From Chamaesiphon sp. (GTDB taxonomy: Bacteria > Cyanobacteriota > Cyanobacteriia > Cyanobacteriales > Chamaesiphonaceae): a stretch of 64,000 bases of DNA. The notes beneath the pieces were generated by a model, which saw nothing but the letters and a program-made list of their open reading frames with translations, made no database searches and was not told the origin of the DNA. Where the stretch lies: contig CBDFFH010000025.1 in NCBI GenBank assembly GCA_965246715.1, forward strand, positions 1 to 64,000, written 5' to 3'. This document shows positions 49,559 through 60,912 of the stretch, piece by piece (the first letter of the stretch is position 1; each line of letters begins with the position of its first letter). A program made the translations under genes and the position numbers.

Positions 49559-51034
49559 ATGACAATCTCAACTGAGTTAACCCAACACCAAACCCCGCTT
49601 GTCAATGCTCTTCAAGAGTGGGTAAATAAATCTCACGCACCGTTTTATACGCCAGGACACAAGCGGGGTCAAGGGATGAATTTATTACTAAAACAGCAGT
49701 GGGGGAATGACATTTTTGGTTGGGATTTGCCAGAATTACCAGGATTGGATAATCTCCATGCGCCAGATGGCGTTATCGTTGAGGCCCAAGAGTTAGCCGC
49801 GATTGCTTTTGGTGCAACGCAAACGTGGTTTTTAACGAACGGTTCGACAGTAGGTGTAATTGCGGCAATTTTGGCTACTTGTGGGGAAGGTGAGAAGATT
49901 ATTTTGCCGCGTAATATTCATTCTTCGGCGATCGCTGGCATCATTCATGCTGGGGCGATCCCGATTTTTCTTACACCAGAGTACGATCCGGCACTAGATT
50001 TGGCACATGGGATCGCTCCAGCGGCAGTTAAATTCGCCCTAGAGCAACATCCAGATGCTAAAGCGGTAATGTTGGTGTATCCAACTTATTATGGCGCTTG
50101 CGGCGATTTAACAGCGATCGCGGAGATCGTTCACAGTTACGATCTTCCCTTATTGGTAGATGAGGCTCATGGTGCGCATTTTGGCTTTCATCCCGATTTG
50201 CCGCCAGCAGCGTTGACTGCTGGCGCGGATCTCGCCGTGCAATCGACGCATAAGTTATTGGGTTCGCTAACGCAATCGGCAATGTTGCATGTAAATAGCG
50301 ATCGGTTAAACCCGAAACGGATCGCTCAGGCGTTACGATCGATCCAATCGACTAGTCCCAGTTATTTACTATTAGCTTCACTGGATGCCGCTCGCCACCA
50401 GATGGCACTACATGGGCAAAAATTGATGGAGGAGACGATCGCATTAGCCAAGATTGCCAGATTGGAAATCGCGCAGATCGATGGACTCTCGGTACTCGAA
50501 TTCACGCAGCCAACGCCAGGATTTACATATCTCGATCCGACGCGGTTGACTGTTACGGTGACGGATCTCAATCTCACTGGATTTGCGGTGGATGAGATTT
50601 TAACCACTGAGTTGGGCATCGTCGCCGAATTGCCCTCGCGTCAACATTTGACATTTATTATTAGTTTGGGGAATACGCGTGCGGATGTCGATCGATTGGT
50701 CGCTGGATTTAGGAAATTCGCCACAACTTATCGTCAGGAGTTACCGTTACAATTACCGCAGATTCAACCGCCAAGTCGGATTTTAACAGCAATGGCGATT
50801 TCGCCGCGCTGCGCGAGTCGAGCGTTGCATGTGAGTGTAGCTAGCGATAACGCGATCGGTAAAATTAGTGCCGAATCCATTTGTCCCTACCCACCAGGAA
50901 TTCCCGTCATCATTCCTGGTGAAATTATTACCACCGATGCGCTAGAATACTTGCGACAGATCCTCGAACTTGGTGGCGAACTCGTCGGGTGTAGCGATCC
51001 GAATTTAGACACGATCGAGATCGTAGATCTTTAA
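49559..51034 (+). CDS. Orn/Lys/Arg decarboxylase (PLP, fold I)
   Basis: FYTPGHK, NGSTVG, VDEAHG, QSTHK, STSPSY, CPYPPGIP motifs. Confidence 0.92.
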   Translation: MTISTELTQHQTPLVNALQEWVNKSHAPFYTPGHKRGQGMNLLLKQQWGNDIFGWDLPELPGLDNLHAPDGVIVEAQELAAIAFGATQTWFLTNGSTVGVIAAILATCGEGEKIILPRNIHSSAIAGIIHAGAIPIFLTPEYDPALDLAHGIAPAAVKFALEQHPDAKAVMLVYPTYYGACGDLTAIAEIVHSYDLPLLVDEAHGAHFGFHPDLPPAALTAGADLAVQSTHKLLGSLTQSAMLHVNSDRLNPKRIAQALRSIQSTSPSYLLLASLDAARHQMALHGQKLMEETIALAKIARLEIAQIDGLSVLEFTQPTPGFTYLDPTRLTVTVTDLNLTGFAVDEILTTELGIVAELPSRQHLTFIISLGNTRADVDRLVAGFRKFATTYRQELPLQLPQIQPPSRILTAMAISPRCASRALHVSVASDNAIGKISAESICPYPPGIPVIIPGEIITTDALEYLRQILELGGELVGCSDPNLDTIEIVDL

Positions 51035-51222
51035 AGAATTATGAATTGTAAATTATGAATTAGGCTCAGGTAAGATTTTTAGCGCACTCGATCGGTGATA
51101 GTTAGTGTCGCTGCTCGCGTAAATATCAACGCACATTAATTAGGTATTTGGTAAATATCGATCTATTGTGGAGTAATAGATCGATTGCTGTCCGACCCGT
51201 TTTATACCCTGACTGCTAGATT

Positions 51223-51822
51223 ATGTCCGAACTGTGGAAATATGTATCGCCAGGGATTCCAGATCGATTATTTGAAAGATTGCCGGGGATTCCGATGAGT
51301 CAACGCGAAATCAGATTATTGCTGATTTCTGCTTTGAGATTGGAGGCAAATTCCGTCGTTTGGGATATCGGTGCGGGTACGGGGACGATTCCGGTAGAAA
51401 TTGGGTTACTATGCCCTGAAGGTCGAATTATCGCGATCGAGCGCGATGAGGAAGTAGCAAATCTAATTCAGCTTAACTGCGATCGGTTTGAAGTAACCAA
51501 CGTCCAAATTGTCATCGGTAGCGCGCCCCAATGTCTCAAACAAATTACCACTCAACCGCAACGCGTCTGTATCGAGGGTGGTACGGCGATTAAATCTATT
51601 TTGCAGCAAGTTTGGGCATACTTACCAATGACGGGGCGAATCGTCGTCACCGCAGATAGTCTCGAAGCTCTCTACGAAGTTTCGGAAAGTTTTACCCAGC
51701 TCCGCGCACGTAATGTCGAAGTCGTCCAAGCCGCAGTCAATCGTTTAGAAACTAGAGGCAATAGTCGGCGTTTTGCGGCTGTCGATCCGATGTTTATTTT
51801 GAGCGCGGAGAAGTTGGAGTAA
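51223..51822 (+). CDS. cbiT: Precorrin-6B C15-methyltransferase (decarboxylating)
   Basis: PGIPD..F, WDIGAGTGTI, AIERD motifs. Confidence 0.9.
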   Translation: MSELWKYVSPGIPDRLFERLPGIPMSQREIRLLLISALRLEANSVVWDIGAGTGTIPVEIGLLCPEGRIIAIERDEEVANLIQLNCDRFEVTNVQIVIGSAPQCLKQITTQPQRVCIEGGTAIKSILQQVWAYLPMTGRIVVTADSLEALYEVSESFTQLRARNVEVVQAAVNRLETRGNSRRFAAVDPMFILSAEKLE

Positions 51823-51957
51823 AGTGAATAGTGGCTAGTGGCTAGTGAATAGATGGTGAAGAAAGATTGTAGTTGTCTTCATTTGTCCTTGCCCACGCTC
51901 CTGAAAGTGCTACAATCCACTCCCCCATTCCCCATTTACCCATTTACCGATCTAAAA

Positions 51958-52836
51958 ATGTCTTCAACCCGCGTCATCAGTACCATAGTAGCGATCGCAG
52001 TAGCTCTATGTATGTTAATCCTGGGTGGTTGGTACTTTACGATCGGGATGTGCCTGATTGTTTACTTAGGACAAAAAGAGTATTTTCAATTAGTCCGAGC
52101 GAAGGGGATCGAGCCAGCTAGTAAAACCACATTGATTGCTAGCCAAGTCTTATTGCTAGTCAGTGCATTTGCTCCAGAAGTGGACAATGCACTCTTTCCG
52201 ATCGTGGGCACGGCGATTTGCTTTTACTTGCTGTTTTTGCCTAAAATAGCCTCGATCGCGGATATCTCGACATCGATCTTCGGGCTATTTTATGGGGGCT
52301 ATCTACCCAGCTACTGGATTCGGCTCCGAGTCGGATTGGACTTAGATTCGAGTGCGGCAATTGCTTTCCCGTTTCATACCGATTGGGCGGGTGTCTGGAA
52401 AAGTTTCGATTTGAGCTTACTGCCACGCTCGTTTACGCTGACATTACTTTCATTTATGTGTATTATGGCAGCCGATATCGGTGCCTATCTGTTTGGTAAG
52501 TGGCTGGGACGCACGCGACTGTCAGAGATCAGCCCCAAAAAAACCGTGGAAGGAGCGATGTTTGGCATTTTGGGTAGCCTGCTCGTTGGTGTGCTTGGCG
52601 GTTGGGCACTAAGCTGGCACAATGCTTTTGTCGGGGGTGTGGCGTTGGGAAGTTTGATCGGTATGACGAGTTTATTAGGCGATTTGACTGAATCTTTACT
52701 CAAGCGGGATGCTGGGGTTAAAGATTCGGGCGAATTAATCCCCGGTCATGGTGGGATCCTCGATCGTACCGATAGTTATATTTTTACTGCGCCGCTAGTT
52801 TATTATTTTTTCACGCTGATTCTACCGCTGATTTAG
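51958..52836 (+). CDS. cdsA: Phosphatidate cytidylyltransferase
   Basis: ISPKKTVEG, GDLTESLLKRDAGVKDSGELIPGHGGILDRTDS; ATG at 51958. Confidence 0.95.
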   Translation: MSSTRVISTIVAIAVALCMLILGGWYFTIGMCLIVYLGQKEYFQLVRAKGIEPASKTTLIASQVLLLVSAFAPEVDNALFPIVGTAICFYLLFLPKIASIADISTSIFGLFYGGYLPSYWIRLRVGLDLDSSAAIAFPFHTDWAGVWKSFDLSLLPRSFTLTLLSFMCIMAADIGAYLFGKWLGRTRLSEISPKKTVEGAMFGILGSLLVGVLGGWALSWHNAFVGGVALGSLIGMTSLLGDLTESLLKRDAGVKDSGELIPGHGGILDRTDSYIFTAPLVYYFFTLILPLI

Positions 52837-52899
52837 AATTGTCGAGACCACTAAAATTGAGGTAGGCGTGCCCCTAGTTTACTCCCCTCAGCTCTTCGG

Positions 52900-53192
52900 C
52901 TACCGTGGATACACAAGTTTGTTAGAGTTGCTGCGTAGACAAGACAGGGGAGGGAGCTAAAGCCCCCCTTTCTAAGGCAGGGTGGTTTCATACAAGAAAA
53001 TAAAAATGCAAGAACCTTGGTGCTCAGTCTTCAACCGCCCTGAAATGAATTTCGGGCTAAGAGCAAAAGTCCACTGCAGTGGACTGAGCGATTTTTCTTT
53101 CGGTGTATGAAACCACCCTGCCTTTCTAAGGGGGGTTGGGGGGGGTAAACCAACCTAAAACGAAGCCCAGCCGACTTGTGTATCCACAGTAG
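52900..53192. mobile_element. MITE (outer) with 11-bp target duplication
   Basis: Ends CTACCGTGGATACACAAGT / ACTTGTGTATCCACAGTAG; CAGCTCTTCGG at 52889-52899 and 53193-53203. Confidence 0.88.
52978..53120. mobile_element. MITE (inner, nested) with 11-bp target duplication
   Basis: Ends CAGGGTGGTTTCATACA / TGTATGAAACCACCCTG; CCTTTCTAAGG at 52967-52977 and 53121-53131. Confidence 0.88.
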
Positions 53193-53243
53193 CAGCTCTT
53201 CGGAGAAGTGCTGGGGGAGTGGTTGACGAGACTAAATCGGTTC

Positions 53244-55706
53244 TTAAAACGGCCACTTCCAATTCACCGACTCAGGTTTGTCGATGCCGTACGTGCGGGC
53301 GTGGTTGAGACATTCGATCTTCATGTTTTTGAGGTGCTCCCGCAGATGTGCGCCGATAGCTTGCAACTTGGGTACTCGATCGATTGCATCTATTGCCAGA
53401 CTATAGCGATCGATCTCATTGAGGATCGCCAACTCCAACTGCGTGTTGATATTGCCTTTTTCCTTATAGCCGCGCACATGGAGATTGTCATGATTGGTGC
53501 GGCGATAAGTGAGTCGGTGGATCAGCCAGGGGTAGCCGTGGAAGTTAAAGATAATCGGTCGATCGATTGTAAATAACGAGTCAAAATCTTTGGCATTCAA
53601 ACCGTGAGGATGTTCGGTATTTGGCTGGAGCTTGAATAGATCGACGACATTAATAAATCGCACCTTAAGATCGGGGAAATGTTCGCGCAGGATCGCCGTA
53701 GCCGCCAGCGATTCCAATGTCGGAACATCGCCCGCACACGCCATCACTAAATCGGGGACTTCGCCACGATCGGTACTCGCCCATTCCCAAATCCCCAAAC
53801 CCTTAGTACAGTGGACGATCGCGGCTTCTCGATCGAGATATTGCAAGTGCATTTGCTTGTCTGCCACGATCGCATTGACATTATCGCTACTCTGCAAGCA
53901 ATGGTCGGCAACGGAAAGTAAGCAATTGATATCTGGCGGCAGATAAATCCGTGTCACTTTTGGATCTTTATTCACCAATATATCCAAAAAGCCAGGATCT
54001 TGATGGGTAAAACCATTATGTTCTTGTCGCCAGACGGTAGAAGTAATCAGAAAATTTAGCGAAGAGATCGACGCTCGCCACGGGATCCGATTGCAAGTTT
54101 CCAACCATTTGCAATGCTGGTTGACCATCGAATCGATGATATGGATAAAGGCTTCATAAGTCGAGAAGAACCCATGTCGACCGCTCAATAAATAGCCCTC
54201 TAGCCAGCCTTCTAAGGTGTGTTCGCTGAGGATTTCCATCACACGACCATCATTTGCCAATTCACCACCATCAAGGTCTTCTGGCAGGAACTTGGCAATC
54301 CAGAATTTCTTACTCGCTTCGTAAATTGCCGTAAGTTTATTGGAGGTATTTTCATCGGGACTAAATACCCGAAAATTATGGGGATTATCACTAATGATAT
54401 CGCGCAAAAATACGCCTAGTGGATAGGTATTTCCGGCTTCGATTCGGCCGGGATGGGGTACCTCGATCCCGTAGTTCCGAAAGTCTGGCAGCTTGAGTTT
54501 CTGGCGCAAGAGACCACCATTAGCGTGAGGATTGGCGCTCATCCGGCGCATTCCGGTGGGCGCGAGTGCTTGTAATTCGGGGATGAGCTTACCACTTTCG
54601 TCAAATAATTCTTCTGGTTTGTAGCTGCGCATCCAATTTTCGAGAATGTGTAGATGCTCGGGATTCTCCTTAATTTGACCGATCGGTATTTGATGCGATC
54701 GCCAGAATCCTTCCACTTTATGTCCATCGACTTCTTTGGGGCAAGTCCAGCCTTTGGGCGATCGCAAAATTATCATCGGCCAATACGGACGCTCGGCAAC
54801 CTCACAACTGCGGGCTATTTGCTGGATGTTCCGAATTTCCTGCACGCAGTGGTCTAAAGTCGCAGCCATCGCTTGATGCATCGATTGCGGGTCGTCACCT
54901 TCGATAAAATATGGCGTATAGCCATACCCTCGGAACAGATGTTCGAGTTCCTCGTGGGTGACGCGCGACAACACCGTCGGGTTATCGATCTTGTAGCCAT
55001 TAAGGTGCAAGATCGGCAGTACCGCACCATCCCGAATCGGATTGACAAACTTACTCGAATGCCAAGCTGTGGCCATCGGCCCGGTTTCGGCTTCACCATC
55101 GCCGACGACCGCGATCGAAATTAGGTCGGGATTGTCAAAGATCGCTCCATAAGCGTGAGAGAGCGCATAACCCAGCTCGCCGCCTTCATGGATCGAGCCT
55201 GGTAGTTCGGAAGTACAGTGGCTGCCAATACCACCTGGAAACGAAAAATGTTGAAAAAATTTCTTTAAACCCGCTTCATCCTGACTTTTATCGGTGTAAA
55301 CCTCACTATAAGTTCCTTCCAAATAAACGGGGCCGAGTACGCCGGGAGCGCCATGCCCTGGCCCTGCGATAAAGATCGCATTTAAGTCTAGTTTTTTTAT
55401 CAGGCGGTTGACATGAATGTACATAAACGCTAAACCAGGACTCGATCCCCAGTGACCCAAGAGGCGATTCTTGATATGCTCTGGTTGCAGCGGCGATCTT
55501 AATAGCGGGTTGTCAGATAAGTAAATCATTCCGACAGCAATGTAGCAACAAGCCCGCCAATAAGCATCTATTTTGCGAAGTTCTTCTGAATCTAGTGGCT
55601 GACCTGTGATGGTGGCGCGTGCTCGTCCATAAGCACTCGTCGAGTTTACGTCAGAGGGATCGCTCGCCATCTCCTGAGGTCGGGAATTTACCAACATAAG
55701 CTTCAC
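53244..55706 (-). CDS. xfp: Phosphoketolase (XFP); start may be the downstream ATG of MASDP
   Basis: [44 protein letters not shown] motifs. Confidence 0.95.
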   Translation of the reverse strand: MKLMLVNSRPQEMASDPSDVNSTSAYGRARATITGQPLDSEELRKIDAYWRACCYIAVGMIYLSDNPLLRSPLQPEHIKNRLLGHWGSSPGLAFMYIHVNRLIKKLDLNAIFIAGPGHGAPGVLGPVYLEGTYSEVYTDKSQDEAGLKKFFQHFSFPGGIGSHCTSELPGSIHEGGELGYALSHAYGAIFDNPDLISIAVVGDGEAETGPMATAWHSSKFVNPIRDGAVLPILHLNGYKIDNPTVLSRVTHEELEHLFRGYGYTPYFIEGDDPQSMHQAMAATLDHCVQEIRNIQQIARSCEVAERPYWPMIILRSPKGWTCPKEVDGHKVEGFWRSHQIPIGQIKENPEHLHILENWMRSYKPEELFDESGKLIPELQALAPTGMRRMSANPHANGGLLRQKLKLPDFRNYGIEVPHPGRIEAGNTYPLGVFLRDIISDNPHNFRVFSPDENTSNKLTAIYEASKKFWIAKFLPEDLDGGELANDGRVMEILSEHTLEGWLEGYLLSGRHGFFSTYEAFIHIIDSMVNQHCKWLETCNRIPWRASISSLNFLITSTVWRQEHNGFTHQDPGFLDILVNKDPKVTRIYLPPDINCLLSVADHCLQSSDNVNAIVADKQMHLQYLDREAAIVHCTKGLGIWEWASTDRGEVPDLVMACAGDVPTLESLAATAILREHFPDLKVRFINVVDLFKLQPNTEHPHGLNAKDFDSLFTIDRPIIFNFHGYPWLIHRLTYRRTNHDNLHVRGYKEKGNINTQLELAILNEIDRYSLAIDAIDRVPKLQAIGAHLREHLKNMKIECLNHARTYGIDKPESVNWKWPF

Positions 55707-55957
55707 AAAGGGTTGAATTTACTGAACTTTGATGAGAGGGCGACATGCTGCCAATTTCTTAACCCTAACAAACGAATTTGAGGAAATTGTGAGGAGCTGA
55801 TTCATTTATGCTTGATGCGATCGGATTTATTGCTTGATAAAGCGCGATCGCGCAAAGAATCGATAGCTATAAAATTTACGGCTATCGATCGAGTCCACTT
55901 TAAGAAATTGGTAAATTAGAGTTGCTTGAGAGCTTACGTTTTTCGACCGATCGACCT

Positions 55958-57898
55958 TTATTTAATCGCCAACTGGCGATCTTTAACCTTGGCGTACTGA
56001 CCCATCGGCTGATATTCTGGCACTAAGTCCCCTAGTGCCACGACACATTCAGCCACGTTGCCCCGAGCTGCGGCTTCCAACAAATCGTTAAGTTGCTGCG
56101 ACAGTTCTTTCCAACCTAACTTCGCTTCGTGGGCGCAGAAAATCTTCGGATGCCCTGTCGGCATCGCGGCATTACAATCGATTAACAGTTCTTCGTAGAT
56201 TTTCTCACCAGGGCGCAACCCAGTAATTTCGATTTTGATATCCTTGTGGGGTTCCATCCCATGCAAGCGAATCATTTGTGTAGCCAGATCGTAGATTTTG
56301 ACAGGTTCGCCCATATCGAGAAGAAACACTTCACCACCCGTTGCCATCGCACCTGCTTGAATCACCAAAGTAGCAGCTTCGGGGATAGTCATGAAGTAGC
56401 GGGTAATATCGGCATGGGTAACAGTCAAGGATTTTCCGGACGCGATTTGCTCGCGGAAGCGGGGAACTACCGAGCCACTACTCCCCAGCACGTTACCGAA
56501 TCGCACCATCGTAAAGCAAGTAGTGTGGGTAGGGAGATCGGCTAAACCTTGCAGTACCAACTCAGCGGCGCGTTTGGTCGCACCCATGATGTTCGTCGGA
56601 CGAACGGCTTTATCGGTAGAGATCAGGACAAATTTGTGGACTCGACAAGCGATCGCGCATTTAGCAGCAGTTAATGTACCGCCAATATTATTGATCGCCC
56701 CAGAGATGGGATTGGCTTCGACGATCGGCACGTGCTTGTAGGCTGCTGCGTGATAGACAGTTTCAACTTGATAGTCAGTCAGCACCTGCGTCAACTTTTG
56801 AGCGTCAGTGACCGATCCCAGGCAAGCAACTTTCGCTAATTCGGGGTAATTTTCGCCTAATTCCATGTCCATCTGGTAGAGTGCAAATTCATGCAACTCA
56901 TAGATGATAAGTATTTTAGGCTGCTGCTTGGCAATTTGCCGACAGAGTTCCGACCCGATCGATCCCCCGCCTCCAGTTACTAATACCACTCGATCGGTAA
57001 TGTCATGCTGAAGTAATTCGGGTCTTGCGGCAATCGGTTTTCGGCCTAAAAGATCTTCGATGTCTAATTCGCGAATTTTATTGACCGAGACATGACCGCT
57101 CAAAATCTCAGTGATACTCGGTACGGTTTTGACTGGTACGCCCAAAATTTGGAGTTGCTGTAAGATCTCCCGTTTGCGCTGTCCTTCGATCGAGGGCATC
57201 GCCAGGAGAATCTCTTCGAACCCAATATTTGCTTTTAACTTCAGCAAATCTGCTGGGGCATATACCCGCGTACCCTGGACGTTACGACCCTGAAGATAGC
57301 GACTATCATCGACAAACCCGATCGATTGTTTACCACGGTCTCCAGCCAAGGCTTGAGCGAGGATACAACCAGCGCTACCAGCGCCATAGATGACGACCCG
57401 ACAAGTATGTTTAATGGGATAGTTGATCCGGCGGACTTGACCTAAAGTCAACCGGACGCTCAGCCGAAAACCGACGATTAAAATTAGTGTTAGTATTCCA
57501 TCATCGATCGGCAATGACATTGGGATCGTCGGGTCTACATACAATTTAACGATCGCGGCAGTAATTAACGAACTGCATAAGACCGCCTTGGCAATCGTTA
57601 ACAGAAATTCTCCACCCGTGTACCGTAAGACCTGTTGATAAATCCCCAACACCCAAAACATTCCGATCGTGACGGCGATCTTCAGCACCACAAATGTGCC
57701 ATGCTGCCAGAGTTCCATGGGTATGAAGCCAAATCCCCACTCAATCCCGATCGCCGCACAAATTGAAGTCAGGAACAAACCGATGTCGATCGCCGTCAGG
57801 ATCGTATACTTCTGACTGTTAGAAAGTGCATCAACCAGTTTTTCAAGAGTTTTTGCTGTAGCTTCAATACTCAACAAAGATCGGCTGTTAGTGAACAT
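55958..57898 (-). CDS. Membrane-bound UDP-GlcNAc 4,6-dehydratase (CapD/PglF/WbpM-like)
   Basis: Four N-terminal TM segments; TGGGGSIGSE, HAAAYKHVP, STDKAV, RFGNVLGSSGSV, GLRPGEK. Confidence 0.92.
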   Translation of the reverse strand: MFTNSRSLLSIEATAKTLEKLVDALSNSQKYTILTAIDIGLFLTSICAAIGIEWGFGFIPMELWQHGTFVVLKIAVTIGMFWVLGIYQQVLRYTGGEFLLTIAKAVLCSSLITAAIVKLYVDPTIPMSLPIDDGILTLILIVGFRLSVRLTLGQVRRINYPIKHTCRVVIYGAGSAGCILAQALAGDRGKQSIGFVDDSRYLQGRNVQGTRVYAPADLLKLKANIGFEEILLAMPSIEGQRKREILQQLQILGVPVKTVPSITEILSGHVSVNKIRELDIEDLLGRKPIAARPELLQHDITDRVVLVTGGGGSIGSELCRQIAKQQPKILIIYELHEFALYQMDMELGENYPELAKVACLGSVTDAQKLTQVLTDYQVETVYHAAAYKHVPIVEANPISGAINNIGGTLTAAKCAIACRVHKFVLISTDKAVRPTNIMGATKRAAELVLQGLADLPTHTTCFTMVRFGNVLGSSGSVVPRFREQIASGKSLTVTHADITRYFMTIPEAATLVIQAGAMATGGEVFLLDMGEPVKIYDLATQMIRLHGMEPHKDIKIEITGLRPGEKIYEELLIDCNAAMPTGHPKIFCAHEAKLGWKELSQQLNDLLEAAARGNVAECVVALGDLVPEYQPMGQYAKVKDRQLAIK

Positions 57899-58379
57899 AG
57901 TGTTATGACACGATCGACGGTTTTAACAAAGTGGAAATTATTTTTTCAACCAAGTTTGAAACTTGATTTCTCTACTTTACTAACAATATCGCAATCTAAC
58001 CGATAAGTTAGTTTAGTAAATTGGCAACCGATCGAACGAACCGATCTAAACTGAGGACTTTTGAGCGACTGCGATGCTCGGGGACAGCTTATGGGAGTTT
58101 GACCAATACTTCTAAAGTATATTTTTTTCCGGCAAATGTACTCAGCCAAATATCTGAACTTGGCAGACAGAGGCTGAGAGCAATTGCGCTACTGTCTCGA
58201 TCTGAAAAGTCTTGGATTAGGAAAAAATATGCGTAAATTCAACTGATGGGTGGAACAAACTACTGCCCAAAAGCGATCGCTTTATAAACTTACAACAAAT
58301 AATTAATTTCTCTCGATCCGGAAATTTACAGTAGAATGTAAGTGAATACTTTTCCGGTGAGGAGTGCACTAGGGAAACC

Positions 58380-60113
58380 ATGAACAAAAAAAACCAACAA
58401 TCTAATTTCAAATACGCCCAAGTCGGTCGAATTGCAGCTTTGCTATTAGGCTCGATTGCGACAGGTATGCTGGCTACCGGATCGGCATTTGCCGAATCGA
58501 ATGCGCCTCGTATCAATGACTCGCTTGGCAAGCTCACTACATCAGCGCCAACGACCGAGACGCTCAAAACCGATCGCCCGACTACTGCGCCAGCAGCAAA
58601 ACAGATCGCACAAGCTAGCGATGTTGCCGGTAATTGGGCCGAACCTTTCATCAGAGTTTTAGTTGAGAAAGATATCATCAAGGGCTATCCTGATGGAACT
58701 TTCCGACCCGACCAACCGATCACTCGCGCCGAATTTGCCGCGTTACTCAACAAAGCTTTCGAGCTTCAACCCGTGCGGGCTGCTCGTAAATTTAAAGACG
58801 TACCCAAAAAATATTGGGCCGCAGATGTCATCCAAAAAGCTTACCAAAGTGGATTTTTGGCTGGCTATCCCAACGGTACCTTTGCTCCCAAACAAAATAT
58901 CGTCCGGATTCAAAGTTTAGTTTCGCTAGTTAATGGCAGCAAGTTAGAGCCGACTGGCACATTAGATCTAAATAGCGTATTTGGCGATGCCGCTCAAGTA
59001 CCTAGTTACGGTCAGAACGCATTAATCGCCGCAACCCAACGTTGCGTAGCTGTGAGTGTCGAGTACGATAGCAGCAAACTCCCTGGTGGTAACTTCGGCC
59101 CCAATACCGTTGCCACTCGTGCTGATGTAGCTGCATATATCCACCAAGTATTAGTCGGTGCGGGCAAATTAACTGCTTTACCGGCTAACAGTCCTGGGAA
59201 TAAATACGTTGCATCTTGTCCTCAAGGTACATACGTAACTAGCATTAGTGGTACCACTACGCCGCCACCTGCTACTGTGACTGCTGATGAAGCGATCTCT
59301 AAATTAAGCGTTCCCGGTCAATTACCCGAAATTGCGGGTAAATCTGGTGCTGTCAATACATTCCCCGTCGGCGGTCTCGGTACGCCGACAGCATTTGGAG
59401 CGAGCACGGGCTTATTTGTTGGTGCTAGCTACCAAAATCAAACTCGTCCGAATATCTACGGGACTCCACCAAACACTGCTGTACCCTTCACGGCAGAAAC
59501 AAATAAACGTCCAGAGACTTATGCCTACTCTGCTGGCATCGGTCTGGGTGACGCGCGTAACTTTGTAGGCTTAGAGACAGTTGCGACCACTTACAACCGA
59601 CCTAACGCTGGTATTTTTGATAATGGTGGCATCAGTTTCAAGCTGCACAAATTAATCGGCGAAAACTTTGCGATCGCTGGTGGATTTGAAAATGCGATTA
59701 CGTTCGGTAACAACTCAGGTGGTTTCTCCACTCGTGATGGCGGCGTAAATGGCGGTCGGACTGGCTACGGTGTGGCTAGTATCGTCCTCAATCCCGATCC
59801 TAATCCTGGCTTCTTTAGCAATACAACACTATCAGTCGGTGCTGGTGCTGGTCGCTTCCGGACTGTTGGTGATATCCGCAATGGACGCGATACTGTCAAC
59901 GTCTTTGGTAGTATCGGTACTCGGTTATCCTCTAACTTCTCCCTCGTTGCTGACTGGAATGGTCAAGATTTGGGAGTTGGTTTACCCATTACCATTCCTT
60001 TCGGCGATGGTGGTGCTTCCTTCCAAGTGACTCCTGCGCTTGTCGATCTAGTAAATAATGAAACTGGCGGTTCACGCTTTGTTGTCAGCGGTGGTTTGGG
60101 TTTCCAATTCTAA
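58380..60113 (+). CDS. SLH-domain protein with probable C-terminal outer-membrane beta-barrel
   Basis: Signal peptide; three SLH repeats (GYPDGTFRP...TRAE, GYPNGTFAP, TRAD); Gly/aromatic beta-rich C-terminus ending GLGFQF. Confidence 0.85.
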   Translation: MNKKNQQSNFKYAQVGRIAALLLGSIATGMLATGSAFAESNAPRINDSLGKLTTSAPTTETLKTDRPTTAPAAKQIAQASDVAGNWAEPFIRVLVEKDIIKGYPDGTFRPDQPITRAEFAALLNKAFELQPVRAARKFKDVPKKYWAADVIQKAYQSGFLAGYPNGTFAPKQNIVRIQSLVSLVNGSKLEPTGTLDLNSVFGDAAQVPSYGQNALIAATQRCVAVSVEYDSSKLPGGNFGPNTVATRADVAAYIHQVLVGAGKLTALPANSPGNKYVASCPQGTYVTSISGTTTPPPATVTADEAISKLSVPGQLPEIAGKSGAVNTFPVGGLGTPTAFGASTGLFVGASYQNQTRPNIYGTPPNTAVPFTAETNKRPETYAYSAGIGLGDARNFVGLETVATTYNRPNAGIFDNGGISFKLHKLIGENFAIAGGFENAITFGNNSGGFSTRDGGVNGGRTGYGVASIVLNPDPNPGFFSNTTLSVGAGAGRFRTVGDIRNGRDTVNVFGSIGTRLSSNFSLVADWNGQDLGVGLPITIPFGDGGASFQVTPALVDLVNNETGGSRFVVSGGLGFQF

Positions 60114-60210
60114 TCGCAGCTAGTCGATTGTCGATCTGAGGGAAGTTTGAGCACTTGCGCTCATGCTTCCCAATCGAATTATTCATCTTCGTCATACACG
60201 AGTGCAAACT

Positions 60211-60876
60211 ATGAAAATATCTGCTTATCTCTTAGGATTGCTGGCGGTAGCTAGTCCGATCGCCTTCAATATTACTGCGGCTAACGCTCAAGTCGGTAAC
60301 GGATCTGACAACGGTAATACCTTCAATTCGTTCGTCAATGTTGGTGGCGGCGGTATTCGCGGCGGTGGCGGTCAACCTTCCTATGCATCCGCAAGTCAAA
60401 GTGCTGTAGACCAATTTTCACAGTCTTTAACTGCGAATAGCCTCGGCGACCAAGCTACTTTCGATACGATCAATGGTGGCGCACCTGGGCCTTTAGTTGC
60501 AGCTTTAGTACCCAGCGGCGTTCCTGCTGATGGTGCGACTGGTAAAGCCGCTGCTAATTTAGCTACTACCGTTCAAGGGCTGCGGTCTGGTGACGGTAAG
60601 ATCAATGCCACCAAACTCAATGCAGCAGTGCCAGCTTATAACGACTACGTGAAAGCGCTAGTTGGCGAACTAGGCCCAGAAAAAGCACTTGCTAACGCAC
60701 CTGCTGGCCAAAAAGCACTGCAAGGATTGTTGAGCCAATTAGTTCAAGTTGCCAGCCAATCGGCACCTGCGCCCGCACAGTCGGCACCTAGCACACCTTC
60801 TGCGCCTAGTACACCTTCGGATCCAACAGTTCCATCTGTACCTACTACTCCACCTGCACCCCCAACTCCTAGATAG
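60211..60876 (+). CDS. Secreted Ala/Gly-rich protein with Pro/Ser/Thr tail
   Basis: Signal peptide ending ANA-Q; KLNAAVPAYN helix; PSTPSAPSTPS tail. Confidence 0.8.
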   Translation: MKISAYLLGLLAVASPIAFNITAANAQVGNGSDNGNTFNSFVNVGGGGIRGGGGQPSYASASQSAVDQFSQSLTANSLGDQATFDTINGGAPGPLVAALVPSGVPADGATGKAAANLATTVQGLRSGDGKINATKLNAAVPAYNDYVKALVGELGPEKALANAPAGQKALQGLLSQLVQVASQSAPAPAQSAPSTPSAPSTPSDPTVPSVPTTPPAPPTPR

Positions 60877-60912
60877 TAGCTCGATCTAAATTATCGACTG
60901 CTAGGATGTAAC

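Noticed and set aside
8266..53203. Possible CRISPR array among the many palindromic repeats
   Set aside because: No regularly spaced direct repeats with unique spacers and no cas genes; the repeats are dispersed MITE/REP units.
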